This document shows, one piece after another, positions 9,334 through 18,301 of a stretch of 64,000 nt of DNA (positions are counted from its first letter, which is position 1; every line of letters begins with the position of its first letter). Origin of the DNA: an uncultured Gammaproteobacteria bacterium (lineage in GTDB: Bacteria > Patescibacteriota > Patescibacteriia > UBA9934). A program made the translations under genes and the position numbers. The stretch covers positions 269,183 to 333,182 of the forward strand of contig CAZREA010000001.1 of assembly GCA_964599455.1 (NCBI GenBank), written 5' to 3'. Below the pieces are notes generated by a model that did no database searches, was not told the DNA's origin, and was given only the letters and a program-made list of their open reading frames with translations.

Positions 9334-9490
9334 ATTCTTCAGTGTATTTTCCTGAGCGATATTGAGCATAAACCTCTCGACGAATTTTCTCATTTTCTTT
9401 GTAGAGCCGTTGCAAATCTTTTGCAACGACAAAATACTGATCCCAATCAATGGTTTTTTTCTCGACAGCTTTTTGAGAAAAAGTATTCAT
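9320..9490 (-). CDS. Small protein upstream of the PIN gene, candidate antitoxin (VapB-like)
   Basis: MNTFSQKAVEKKTIDWDQYFVVAKDLQRLYKENEKIRREVYAQYRSGKYTEEFVEA (~56 aa, start uncertain; longest ORF to 9523). It overlaps the PIN gene, which is typical type II TA architecture. Confidence 0.35.
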   Translation of the reverse strand: MNTFSQKAVEKKTIDWDQYFVVAKDLQRLYKENEKIRREVYAQYRSGKYTEEFVEA

Positions 9491-9562
9491 ATACCTAATC
9501 ATAACACAAAAAAAATTAAACACATCAAAAAGAAAAAGCCCCCGATGCGGACGGAACCGCTA

Positions 9563-9630
9563 TAAAACAACAAACCCCGCGTCGGAAACGACGAGCACTC
9601 CCGAGTTGGGGCTTGTCGTTTGATGCGGGG
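9563..9630 (-). terminator. Rho-independent terminator (nested GC hairpin plus U-run on the minus strand) downstream of gene 9660..10445
   Basis: ccccgcgtcggaaacgacgagc...gcttgtcgtttgatgcgggg inverted repeat, followed on the minus strand by TTTGTTGTTTTAT. Confidence 0.5.
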
Positions 9631-9659
9631 CTGAGAGATAGAAATTGCTCGTTGTCGAC

Positions 9660-10445
9660 CTACAGCTTCAGCAGCTCGCGCGCCTCCATGTGCGTGAACT
9701 GACGGCCGACGATACGGCGAGTGTAAGCGCCCTCTATGATCGAGACGACGAGGAAAATCCCGCCGTCCGAGGTGACGATGATTCGACGCACGTAAGTGGT
9801 GAGATTGATGAACGGATGCGCCGAGAAAACCTCGTCAAGGGTGAGCTCCACACGGTCAAGTGACGTATTGAACTCGATCCCGTCGGGGATGCCGAGGAGC
9901 TGAATGAGACGCTCGTCGGTGCAGTTACGGAAAAACTGCTCGTGGTTACTGTAGAAGAACTCGTCGTCGGGATTGATGGCCCGGCAATGAGCGAGTACGC
10001 CCCGATATCCCTCCGGTCCGGTAATCGGGAGCATGACGATGTCGTCGTCGCCCAGGGCGGCCTCGGCCTCCTTCTTGGTCAAGAAAATGCGGATCACCCG
10101 CCCGGTGCCGCGGGTCTGCACCCACTCTTCAGTGGACAGGATGACCCAGCGTGGAGCATCGTCGTCCTTGCCGGCATCGTCCCAGACGACGAGGACCTCA
10201 CGGCCATCGTCGTCTTCGTTGATTGCCAGGAAGAAGTAGACCGAACCCTCGTGGTCCTCCGCGTGAAGGACATTGCCCGTGGGGACGTTGTGAAACAGCT
10301 CGTTGTGACCGATAACGACGATCGTCAGCTTATCGTCGTCAGGGACTCGCGTTTCCCCTTCGCCGATCAGCTCGATCGCTTCGTAGAAGTCCTTGGAACC
10401 TTCCGGGAACACAAGCTCACCGTTACGAATGCGCAGCAGAGACAT
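9660..10445 (-). CDS. Hypothetical protein (GC-rich, acidic)
   Basis: Probable start MSLLRIRNGELVF at 10445, preceded by GGAGG. The longer ORF to 10547 is less likely. No motif recognised. About 60% GC versus the flanks. Confidence 0.5.
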   Translation of the reverse strand: MSLLRIRNGELVFPEGSKDFYEAIELIGEGETRVPDDDKLTIVVIGHNELFHNVPTGNVLHAEDHEGSVYFFLAINEDDDGREVLVVWDDAGKDDDAPRWVILSTEEWVQTRGTGRVIRIFLTKKEAEAALGDDDIVMLPITGPEGYRGVLAHCRAINPDDEFFYSNHEQFFRNCTDERLIQLLGIPDGIEFNTSLDRVELTLDEVFSAHPFINLTTYVRRIIVTSDGGIFLVVSIIEGAYTRRIVGRQFTHMEARELLKL

Positions 10446-10609
10446 GGGCACCTCCAAAGGTTTCGACACACCAGCGACAGCTGCTGTGGCCCTTAAGATT
10501 CTCGATTTCTTCAAGAACCCTGAGCGCGAAACGGCATACGTTACCAAGAAATGCTATTCTTGTCTACCTTTTACAAAAGATGAAATTTGATATAAAAGAG
10601 TAGAGAGGC

Positions 10610-11140
10610 ATGCAGCTGCATAGCGTAGCGCAATTACCTCGCATATCAGGAGTAACCGTGTCACGTGTATCTCTTCTCGTCCTTCTTACTGGATGCTTCA
10701 CCCTTCCCAAACCACAGGCGGTAGTGCTCGTCGAAACCACACCGCAATGGCCAACGGCGACGATCTTCCTCGAGATCGACGGACAGATGAGGAAGTGGGA
10801 AGGCGAGGATCTGACCTACGACGACCTGATGAGTCTCGACGACAACACCGTCGACACCGGTTCCTCGGTTATCACCGAGGCCGACCTGGCCATGGTCACC
10901 GCGTATGGCAACGACAAGGGCCACTACGGATGGGCGGAGCTCGCCTATTCGAATTGGACTGCGGAAGGTGGCGTGGTGAACCTCTGGGTCGACTATGCCG
11001 ATAGGGAGGGTAAACCCGACCCCACCAACCGGACCCGGGTCGCGTACCTCTACTGGGACGCGGAGGTGGAGTCGTGCTACAGCTTCCACGGGGCAAAAAA
11101 CCACGTGGTCATCTGCGGTGCTGATGAGGTCGCGGAGTAG
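10610..11140 (+). CDS. Putative lipoprotein (GC-rich), divergent from 9660..10445
   Basis: N-terminus VSLLVLLTGC gives an L-L-T-G-C lipobox after a hydrophobic stretch. No other motif recognised. Confidence 0.45.
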   Translation: MQLHSVAQLPRISGVTVSRVSLLVLLTGCFTLPKPQAVVLVETTPQWPTATIFLEIDGQMRKWEGEDLTYDDLMSLDDNTVDTGSSVITEADLAMVTAYGNDKGHYGWAELAYSNWTAEGGVVNLWVDYADREGKPDPTNRTRVAYLYWDAEVESCYSFHGAKNHVVICGADEVAE

Positions 11141-11264
11141 CCAGATCGTCTTCGAAGCCGGTCGTGTTGTCCGATGACACGACTGGCTTTTTGAAAACTT
11201 CTACATTCTCATCAAGCGCGACCGGTTCTTCGCAAAAAAGTATGCACGTGTTACCCTTTGTTTT

Positions 11265-12428
11265 ATGCAACGCTTTGAAACTCTCGTTATTGGCTTGGGT
11301 GCAATGGGAAGTGCGGCAGTCTATCAACTCGCAAAACGCGGCGCACATGTACTTGGCATTGATCAATACGCTCCTCCGCATACAATCGGTTCAACGCATG
11401 GGGAAACGCGTATTACGCGCCAAGCGATTGCCGAAGGTAAAGAATATGTTCCGCTTGTCCTCCGGGCAAATGCAATCTGGCGAGAGACCGAACAGCAAAC
11501 CGGCGCATCTCTTTTTGTTGCCAATGGGGGATGAATTGTAGGCGATGCTCACGTCACAAAAGGCAGTCACCAAACATACAATTTTCTTCTTGAAACTATC
11601 AACGCTGCAAAACACTACGCCATTCCTCATGAGATTCTTGATGCCCCTGCTTTGCAACAGCGCTTCCCGCAATTTCATTTTCATGGAAACGAAACAGGGT
11701 ACTATGAGAAGGGCGCTGGTTTTCTTCGTCCAGAACAATGTATCGAAACTCAACTTGCACTCGCAAAACACCATGGCGCTGAAATACATGTCAATGAAAA
11801 AATGATCTCCTATGCGTCGTCCGATAAAGGTATTATCGTTAAAACCAATAAAGATGAATATATAGCGCAAAAGATTATTCTCACTCTTGGTCCATGGATT
11901 CGGGAATCATTACCCGAGCTTGCACACTATTTTTCCGTTTATCGCCAGGTACTGTATTGGTTTAAAGTACATGACCGTCACGAACACTATTCACCTGATC
12001 GTTTCCCTATTTTTATTTTTGATTTCGGGCATGAAGCAGAATTTTACGGATTTCCGATTGTCGATACAGAAACGGGCGGATTGAAAATTGCCAAAGAAGA
12101 ATATCTTATCGATACTTCCCCCGAACAAGTCGATCGAAAAGTGTCGGCAGAAGAAATCGATCGCATGTTTATGCAGGCAAAGGAATATCTTCCCAATCTC
12201 AAAAACGAATGCATAAAAGCAATTTCGTGTCTCTACACCGTGACGCCCGATACAAAATTCGTCATTGATACCCATCCGCAAGACAAACGCATAATTATCG
12301 CCTCACCCTGTTCGGGGCACGGTTTTAAACATTCAGCTGCAATCGGTGAAGTACTTGCAGAATTAGCGACTACAGAAAAAAGTTCTCTCGATATTTCTTC
12401 ATTCTCTCTGCAAAGATTTACCAAGTAA
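11265..12428 (+). pseudogene. Monomeric sarcosine oxidase / N-methyl-L-tryptophan oxidase (SolA/MSOX) family FAD oxidoreductase interrupted by one in-frame TGA (11532-11534)
   Basis: N-terminal part [68 protein letters not shown] aligns to my recollection of SolA (IIGSGSVGAAAGYY...[32 protein letters not shown]). Both ORF pieces (11265..11534 and 11652..12428) are in the same frame (coordinate mod 3 = 0). The stretch between them translates cleanly (IVGDAHVTKGSHQTYNFLLETINAAKHY...). The C-terminal part carries the GHGFKHSAAIGE motif (SolA GHGFKFASVLGE). Confidence 0.55.
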
Positions 12429-12459
12429 GCATGAAAGTAATGGCAATAAAAAGAACGGG

Positions 12460-13017
12460 CTAGACTTGCTGTACAGAGTTACTTTTTTTCAATCGTTCCA
12501 TAAACGTCACATCTTTTTCATCAGCCGACGTATAGACACCTGTTTTGCTATCCAAATATCCCCACCCATTATGTAACACCGCGGGACCACAAGTCATACG
12601 AGTAACTGTGCCCGGCTGCACATTGATGACTCGATGAAACATATCGCGCGTAATGGTATTTACATCCCCCGCCCCAAACACCAGAACTTCATGGCAAACA
12701 TCACCATCATCACCAATCCAATACCGTTCTTCGGTATACCCACCGGAAAGAATCTCAGATGAAAAATCCCAAGGATGATTATGCGGCTCACCGCGATCAT
12801 CATCTTCATGCCACCAATTGATTTTAATGGTGCGCACGACAGCGTTGCGCTCAAGGACCAGCTGCGTTTTAAACGTATGCTCATTTGCGGTAGGAATGTA
12901 TTCAGGAGAAAGATTGGGATGTTGAATATGGTATATATCGATTGTCTCGCGAATCAGATGATCACACACGTTACACATTTCATAAATACTTTCTTGCGAG
13001 CAATACTTACAAAGCAT
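12460..13017 (-). CDS. Cupin-fold protein, thiol dioxygenase-like (PCO/ADO/CDO family), with an N-terminal C4 zinc-ribbon-like motif
   Basis: EPHNHPWDFSSEILSGGYTEERYWI matches the HxHP...(S/K)xL.G pattern of cysteamine/cysteine dioxygenases. N-terminal CKYC...CNVC. Confidence 0.4.
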   Translation of the reverse strand: MLCKYCSQESIYEMCNVCDHLIRETIDIYHIQHPNLSPEYIPTANEHTFKTQLVLERNAVVRTIKINWWHEDDDRGEPHNHPWDFSSEILSGGYTEERYWIGDDGDVCHEVLVFGAGDVNTITRDMFHRVINVQPGTVTRMTCGPAVLHNGWGYLDSKTGVYTSADEKDVTFMERLKKSNSVQQV

Positions 13018-13129
13018 AGAGATATTGTTATAAATACACAGAGTAGTATAGCCGATGAAAGGTATTCATCAAGAGGAAAGAAACAGGCAGCCCCGCAACC
13101 ACTCAAGGCGCGGGGCTTCGATGACGTGT

Positions 13130-13828
13130 TCACGTTGACAAGGCGATCCGTTCGGCGATCGTTTGAGCTTGGGCCAGACCCGCCAGCAAGGCGAACTGCT
13201 GGTCGGCGCGGTCGATGTTGTGACCGCTCATGTGTGCGCTGCCATCGATATGAAGAAATTGCCCGCAATAGAGAGCAGTGGCATTCCCAGGAATGGTGAG
13301 CGAGAGCCTGCCGTCCGTGGTCGCCTCGCTTTGGAAGGGATACTTCAGCCTACCATCGCCACGGACTCGATCCATGGTCTGTTTCATCATCAAGGCGATC
13401 GCGCCATGATCCTCTGCGGTGAACCGCTTCACGAGGCCGACCATACGACCCGACAGGGTTACCCCCACGTCATATCCGCTGTTGCCGCCCTGCGCCAGAA
13501 GACCCGTGAACGCCACGAGTGGCGCGTCCTCTTCGCTCCACTCCTCAAGCATCAGCGCAAGGCGAAGAACATCCAATGACCGGCTCGTCGCACTCGCAGA
13601 CTTTGCAGCAAAGGTGGCGGTGAAGACCAGTACTCCTTCGCGTGCTTCTTGACGCAAAACACCACGAAAGCCCCAGCGCCGAGGCCCTACGAAAAACGGC
13701 TCTTCTCCTTGGCGCAGATGGCGAACGATGGGAGCCTCTGCGGTGACACGCTTCACCAAACCCTCGAACGTCTTGGGAATCTCGGTCGCGATTCCCTCCT
13801 CCGTCGGAATCAATCGATATCGTTGCAT
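13130..13828 (-). CDS. Hypothetical protein (GC-rich)
   Basis: 232-aa ORF with protein-like composition. The antisense ORFs look spurious. No motif recognised. Confidence 0.45.
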   Translation of the reverse strand: MQRYRLIPTEEGIATEIPKTFEGLVKRVTAEAPIVRHLRQGEEPFFVGPRRWGFRGVLRQEAREGVLVFTATFAAKSASATSRSLDVLRLALMLEEWSEEDAPLVAFTGLLAQGGNSGYDVGVTLSGRMVGLVKRFTAEDHGAIALMMKQTMDRVRGDGRLKYPFQSEATTDGRLSLTIPGNATALYCGQFLHIDGSAHMSGHNIDRADQQFALLAGLAQAQTIAERIALST

Positions 13829-13901
13829 GAATGGCTATCCTCCGCCAAAAAGACTAGCCAAACAGCGTCAAAACAACAAGCCCCATTAGTCGCGGCAAGA
13901 T

Positions 13902-15707
13902 CTATCTTTTTAACACCTTTAAATAGGCATCTCCAGGAATATCAACATTCCCCACACCTAAAGACATCATCTTTTTCTTTCCTTTCTTTTGTTTTTGTAA
14001 TAATTTTAATTTTCGCGTGGCATCTCCACCATACAATCCCGCCGTCACATCTTTGCGCAACGCCGAAATTCGCTCACCGGCAACAACCTTGCCACCGACC
14101 GAGGCTTGCAACTTGATCACAAATTGGGTGCGAGGAATAGTCTCTTGCAAAATTTTCAAGATGCGACGACCGACACGCTCAGACTCATCGCGATACACCA
14201 AAGAGGAAAACGCATCCACCGGCGCGTCGGCAACCATAATATCCAGACGCACAATATCAGCTTGTCGATAGGCAAAGATTTCGTAACTCAATGACGCATA
14301 CCCTGCAGTTGCACTTTTGAGCTTATCATTAAAATCAACAATGATGGCAGATAATGGCAACTCATAATGCAACATGGCACGACCTTCAGAAAGATATTCG
14401 GTTGTTAAATACGTTCCATGTCGCTCCTGACACAATTGCATAACGTTCCCGATATAGTCCGACGGTGTGACAATCGCCACTTTTGCCCACGGCTCTTCGA
14501 TATGTTCGATGTGTGCGGGATCGGGCAAATCAAGCGCACCTTTCACCACATGATATACAGATTCTCCATTACGAAAGACACGATAAGCCACCGATGGCAA
14601 TGTCACGACCAAATCGATAGTATATTCACGTGAAAGACGCTCCTTCAAAATCTCTAAATGGAGCATGCCCAAAAATCCGCAACGAAAACCATATCCCAAT
14701 GCAGGCGAATGTTCGGGCTCGAATACCAATGCGGCATCGTTGAGCTTTAATCGATCCATGGCATCGCGCAGCGCACTGTATTCATCACCTTGTGCAGGAA
14801 AAACACCGGCGAAAACCATTGGTTTGACTTCACGATATCCTGAGAGGGGTTGGGCATACCCGACTCCTACATTCGTCGTCATCGTATCACCAACACGACA
14901 AGCACGGATATCTTTCAATCCGGTCACAATATAGCCGATTTGTCCGGTCTCTAATTCTTGAAGCGGAGAAAGCTTTGGCTTGAGTGCGCCAATTTCTAAA
15001 ATTTCGCCTTCACCGTTGGTTGCTAACATGTGCAACTTATCGTGTTTGCGGAATGCGCCATCAATCACGCGCACATAGGCAATAACACCTTTGTAGTCAT
15101 CGTATGCGGAATCAAAAATAAGTGCTCGCGGCGCTGATGCTACTTCACCTTTTGGTGATGAGATGCGTTCAACAACCGCATCAAGCAGTGCCGGCACTCC
15201 TTCACCCGTCTTTCCCGATACAGCAAAAATTTCTTCTGGTTTGCATCCGAGTAATTTTACTAATTCAGCAGTACGTCGCGGAATATCCGCAGCCGGAAGA
15301 TCAATTTTATTAAGGACCGGAATGATTTCCAAATTTTCTTCCATCGCTAAAAATAAGTTCGCGACAGTCTGTGCCTGAATACCTTGTGTTGCATCAACCA
15401 ATAGCACAGCTCCGTCAACCGCAGCCAGCGACCGCGACACTTCGTAAGTAAAATCGATGTGGCCAGGAGTATCGATGAGATTGAGCGTATATTCGACGTC
15501 ATCTTTTTTCCAATTCATGCGTGCAGGAGCAAGCTTGATAGTAATACCGCGCTCACGTTCAAGATCCATGGAGTCGAGCAGTTGATCTTTCATGTTGCGA
15601 CGCTCAACGGTACCCGTAATCTCAAGCAAACGATCGGACAAGGTAGACTTACCGTGATCAATATGCGCGATAATGCAGAAGTTACGAATGCGATCCTGAG
15701 GAACCAT
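13902..15707 (-). CDS. lepA: Elongation factor 4 (translational GTPase LepA)
   Basis: NFCIIAHIDHGKSTLSDRLL G1 motif, DTPGHIDF, NKIDL, and the LepA-specific C-terminal domain. 601 aa. Confidence 0.9.
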   Translation of the reverse strand: MVPQDRIRNFCIIAHIDHGKSTLSDRLLEITGTVERRNMKDQLLDSMDLERERGITIKLAPARMNWKKDDVEYTLNLIDTPGHIDFTYEVSRSLAAVDGAVLLVDATQGIQAQTVANLFLAMEENLEIIPVLNKIDLPAADIPRRTAELVKLLGCKPEEIFAVSGKTGEGVPALLDAVVERISSPKGEVASAPRALIFDSAYDDYKGVIAYVRVIDGAFRKHDKLHMLATNGEGEILEIGALKPKLSPLQELETGQIGYIVTGLKDIRACRVGDTMTTNVGVGYAQPLSGYREVKPMVFAGVFPAQGDEYSALRDAMDRLKLNDAALVFEPEHSPALGYGFRCGFLGMLHLEILKERLSREYTIDLVVTLPSVAYRVFRNGESVYHVVKGALDLPDPAHIEHIEEPWAKVAIVTPSDYIGNVMQLCQERHGTYLTTEYLSEGRAMLHYELPLSAIIVDFNDKLKSATAGYASLSYEIFAYRQADIVRLDIMVADAPVDAFSSLVYRDESERVGRRILKILQETIPRTQFVIKLQASVGGKVVAGERISALRKDVTAGLYGGDATRKLKLLQKQKKGKKKMMSLGVGNVDIPGDAYLKVLKR

Positions 15708-15796
15708 AGAATGCAGGTAGTGTAGCGGATATTGTCCATTTTCCGCAACTAAAAAGACGAGGCCAAGAGACCTCGTCTTTTTTTCTTTCTTTACTT

Positions 15797-18160
15797 TTAT
15801 TGACCTAACTCTACACGTGTCTTCATGATCGAAGTATCGATACTGATATCTTCTTCATCAATATCATCACCCATTTCGAATCGAGTAAAGAGCGTAGGAG
15901 CAATATCGATGACATAGTCAGCCCAGTATCCACCATAATTATCAACGGCAACTTCTTCAGAAGCGATCCAGCGAAGTTCCACCGCACCACCATCACCAGC
16001 AACAAGAGCAAAGACGCGTGCATCGGATTGAATCTTTACGAGCACTACACCTGGATTTGGCAACATTGGACTACCCAGCGTAAGCGTTGGAAGCGTCGCA
16101 TCAGTCACCTCAACAACTCCATCAAAATCATCCTCGTAAGTAAAATACGTTTGCGCATCGTAGAATGGGCGACGAACAAGATCGCCGTCAACATCTTCGA
16201 TGAAATACACAGTAGCGTAATTTTCACCACGGATATAGTCGCCAGCTTCTACCACATTAATATCTTCTTCTTCACCAGAGTACGGGGAAACGCCCGTTTC
16301 ACCAGTGGTCTCAGCTTCCTCTTCTTCACTATCTTCATCTTCACTGTCCTCATCAACGGTACCAACCGAGAATTCACCGGAAGTATCGGTAGCAAGTTCG
16401 TCAACCAAATCAGTTCCCACGATCTTCAACCAAACATCTCCCAGCGCTTCTTCAGGCGTCCAGGTATAGACACCGTCGTTTTGTTGATTCTCGGCAATCA
16501 ATATCCAGCTCTCACCATCATCATCGGAATAATAAAGATTCACATAGGCCATGAGCGTACCTTCATAGGTCCAAGCGACATCAATCACATCACCAACTTC
16601 GTAGGCGTCATCTTCAGCCGGAGAACTAATTTCGAGAGAAAAGTCTTCATCCGAAGAAACCGTTTCCGATGCGGATGAACCACCATCTGAAGAACTATCA
16701 GAACTCTTCACCGTAAAGTGCAATGGACTTTCAACGGTTGTATCGCCCGCTTCCGCTCCAGCAAAGGCATTACTTGCAGAGTCGGGTGCGGTTGAAATTG
16801 TCAAGGTATTCAAACCGCTTGCCAGCACACCCGTATGCGTGATGGTGACCGTTACCGTAGAAATACTCGTTGAAAGGGTAACGCTTGGACTAACAGAGGC
16901 AGTGATGGAAGCAGGTTCCTCAGAGAATGTGAGCACGATGCTTGCGGTCTTCAAAATAGCCGCCTGATCTTCGGTTGGACTGCTGGAGATAAGAACCGGA
17001 CCGGCGCCATCCGAAACGGTAATTTGAGCTTGCGCTCCAAGGGTAGAGTTTGTATTCGTGCCTTCAGTGAGTGAGAAACTACTTTGAGATGAAAACGCTA
17101 CCGTTACCGCACTTGCAGTATCTTGAGCAGTTGATTCTGTTCCTAAATCAATAGTTGTTGAGGATACTGATCCTGTAATAAGATCGGTTGTCGCACCTCC
17201 AAATAACATTCCATCAAAATCGCCATCGTTGGTAAAAAGAAGGTCTGCCGCGCGCAATGTGCTTGCCGCAGTAACGGTTTCCGAATAGGCGAGAACAAAA
17301 CGATCAATCTTTCCATCAATATCATTATCTTGATATGTGGCAGTAATAATTTGCGGAGCCGCTCCGTCAGCAAACGTGGCTTGCGTCTGAGCTTTAACAC
17401 TGGTGTTCGCTGTCGTTCCATCAGTGATGGACAAAGTTCCATCACCCGTAATGGTACTAAAAGCAATGGTACCAAGTCCTTCAGCTGTATCTTTCGCTGT
17501 CGATTCCGTACCTAATGTCACGCTATCAGTCGTTCCCCCATCGGCAATATCAGTGGTAGCAGAGCCAAATGCCGCAGCAGTAAAATCTCCGACGGTCGTA
17601 AGAGAAAGATGTGAAGCTTTCAATACACTACCAGCAGCAGTTGATTCAGTATACGTGATAAGGAACGTATCAATCTTTCCATCAGCGTCTGCATCTTGAT
17701 AGGTCATCGTTTTAATTTGCGGAGCAGCACCATCGGTTGCGGTCGTGTTGGCACCATTTGCCATTTGGTTTGAACCAGCTGCATCACAAATGGAAGCAGC
17801 GGTTGTACAGTTTGCAACTGCGGTATAGGTAACCGTTGGAGTAATACTAGTATCACCCGACGTACAACCCGTCAGACCGCTAAGCGTGAGTGTCGTCGTG
17901 CTGTCGTTGTTGTAATCACCGGCAGCAATCGTGCAACCCGCGCTTAATGCAAGACTCGGAAAACCGTCACCTGCGTTGCCGTCGTCAAGATCTGCTGCTT
18001 CACTAAAGGTGATCGTAATTCGATCAACTGTTCCGTTGCCATCAGTGTCCGCAGTAACCGCAGTCATCGTTGGCGCTGCGGCGTGCGCAGGCTGTACCCA
18101 AAAAAGTTGCACCATGCCGGCAAGAAGACATGCAGCGGCAACACTCAGTGCCAATGTCAT
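15797..18160 (-). CDS. Large secreted repeat-containing surface protein (Thr/Ala/Asp-rich; DxDxDGxxD calcium-binding-like repeats)
   Basis: Signal peptide MTLALSVAAACLLAGMVQLFWVQPAHA; the longest ORF extends to 18271. Repeated units TDGNGTVDRITITFSE / DADADGKIDTFLITYTE / DNDIDGKIDRFVLAYSE and a C-terminal acidic EDSEDEDSEEEE tract. Confidence 0.55.
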   Translation of the reverse strand: MTLALSVAAACLLAGMVQLFWVQPAHAAAPTMTAVTADTDGNGTVDRITITFSEAADLDDGNAGDGFPSLALSAGCTIAAGDYNNDSTTTLTLSGLTGCTSGDTSITPTVTYTAVANCTTAASICDAAGSNQMANGANTTATDGAAPQIKTMTYQDADADGKIDTFLITYTESTAAGSVLKASHLSLTTVGDFTAAAFGSATTDIADGGTTDSVTLGTESTAKDTAEGLGTIAFSTITGDGTLSITDGTTANTSVKAQTQATFADGAAPQIITATYQDNDIDGKIDRFVLAYSETVTAASTLRAADLLFTNDGDFDGMLFGGATTDLITGSVSSTTIDLGTESTAQDTASAVTVAFSSQSSFSLTEGTNTNSTLGAQAQITVSDGAGPVLISSSPTEDQAAILKTASIVLTFSEEPASITASVSPSVTLSTSISTVTVTITHTGVLASGLNTLTISTAPDSASNAFAGAEAGDTTVESPLHFTVKSSDSSSDGGSSASETVSSDEDFSLEISSPAEDDAYEVGDVIDVAWTYEGTLMAYVNLYYSDDDGESWILIAENQQNDGVYTWTPEEALGDVWLKIVGTDLVDELATDTSGEFSVGTVDEDSEDEDSEEEEAETTGETGVSPYSGEEEDINVVEAGDYIRGENYATVYFIEDVDGDLVRRPFYDAQTYFTYEDDFDGVVEVTDATLPTLTLGSPMLPNPGVVLVKIQSDARVFALVAGDGGAVELRWIASEEVAVDNYGGYWADYVIDIAPTLFTRFEMGDDIDEEDISIDTSIMKTRVELGQ

Positions 18161-18301
18161 GGTTCTTTTACTCTCCGACAAGAGAAATCCGTTTCTCAGT
18201 TGCATAATGAAATAAAGAAAAGTTAAGTCTTTGCAAAAGAGTATAGAACACTTTTTCTCTTCTTTATACAAAAAGCATGAAAAGCTGTGGAAAGAAAATA
18301 T

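Noticed and set aside
11532-11534. Possibility that the in-frame TGA reflects a genome-wide alternative code (UGA=Gly, translation table 25)
   Set aside because: Many long, clearly intact genes in the window (P-type ATPase, lepA, secD, recJ, pyrG and others) are uninterrupted. Several also end in TGA, for example the FtsB-like gene, the MopE-like gene and the RluA-family gene. The standard code 11 fits the window.
8043-13830. tRNA-Lys-integrated genomic island or prophage
   Set aside because: No integrase, recombinase or phage genes are present, and I could not find a direct repeat of the tRNA 3' end. Only the weaker 'variable region' claim is kept.
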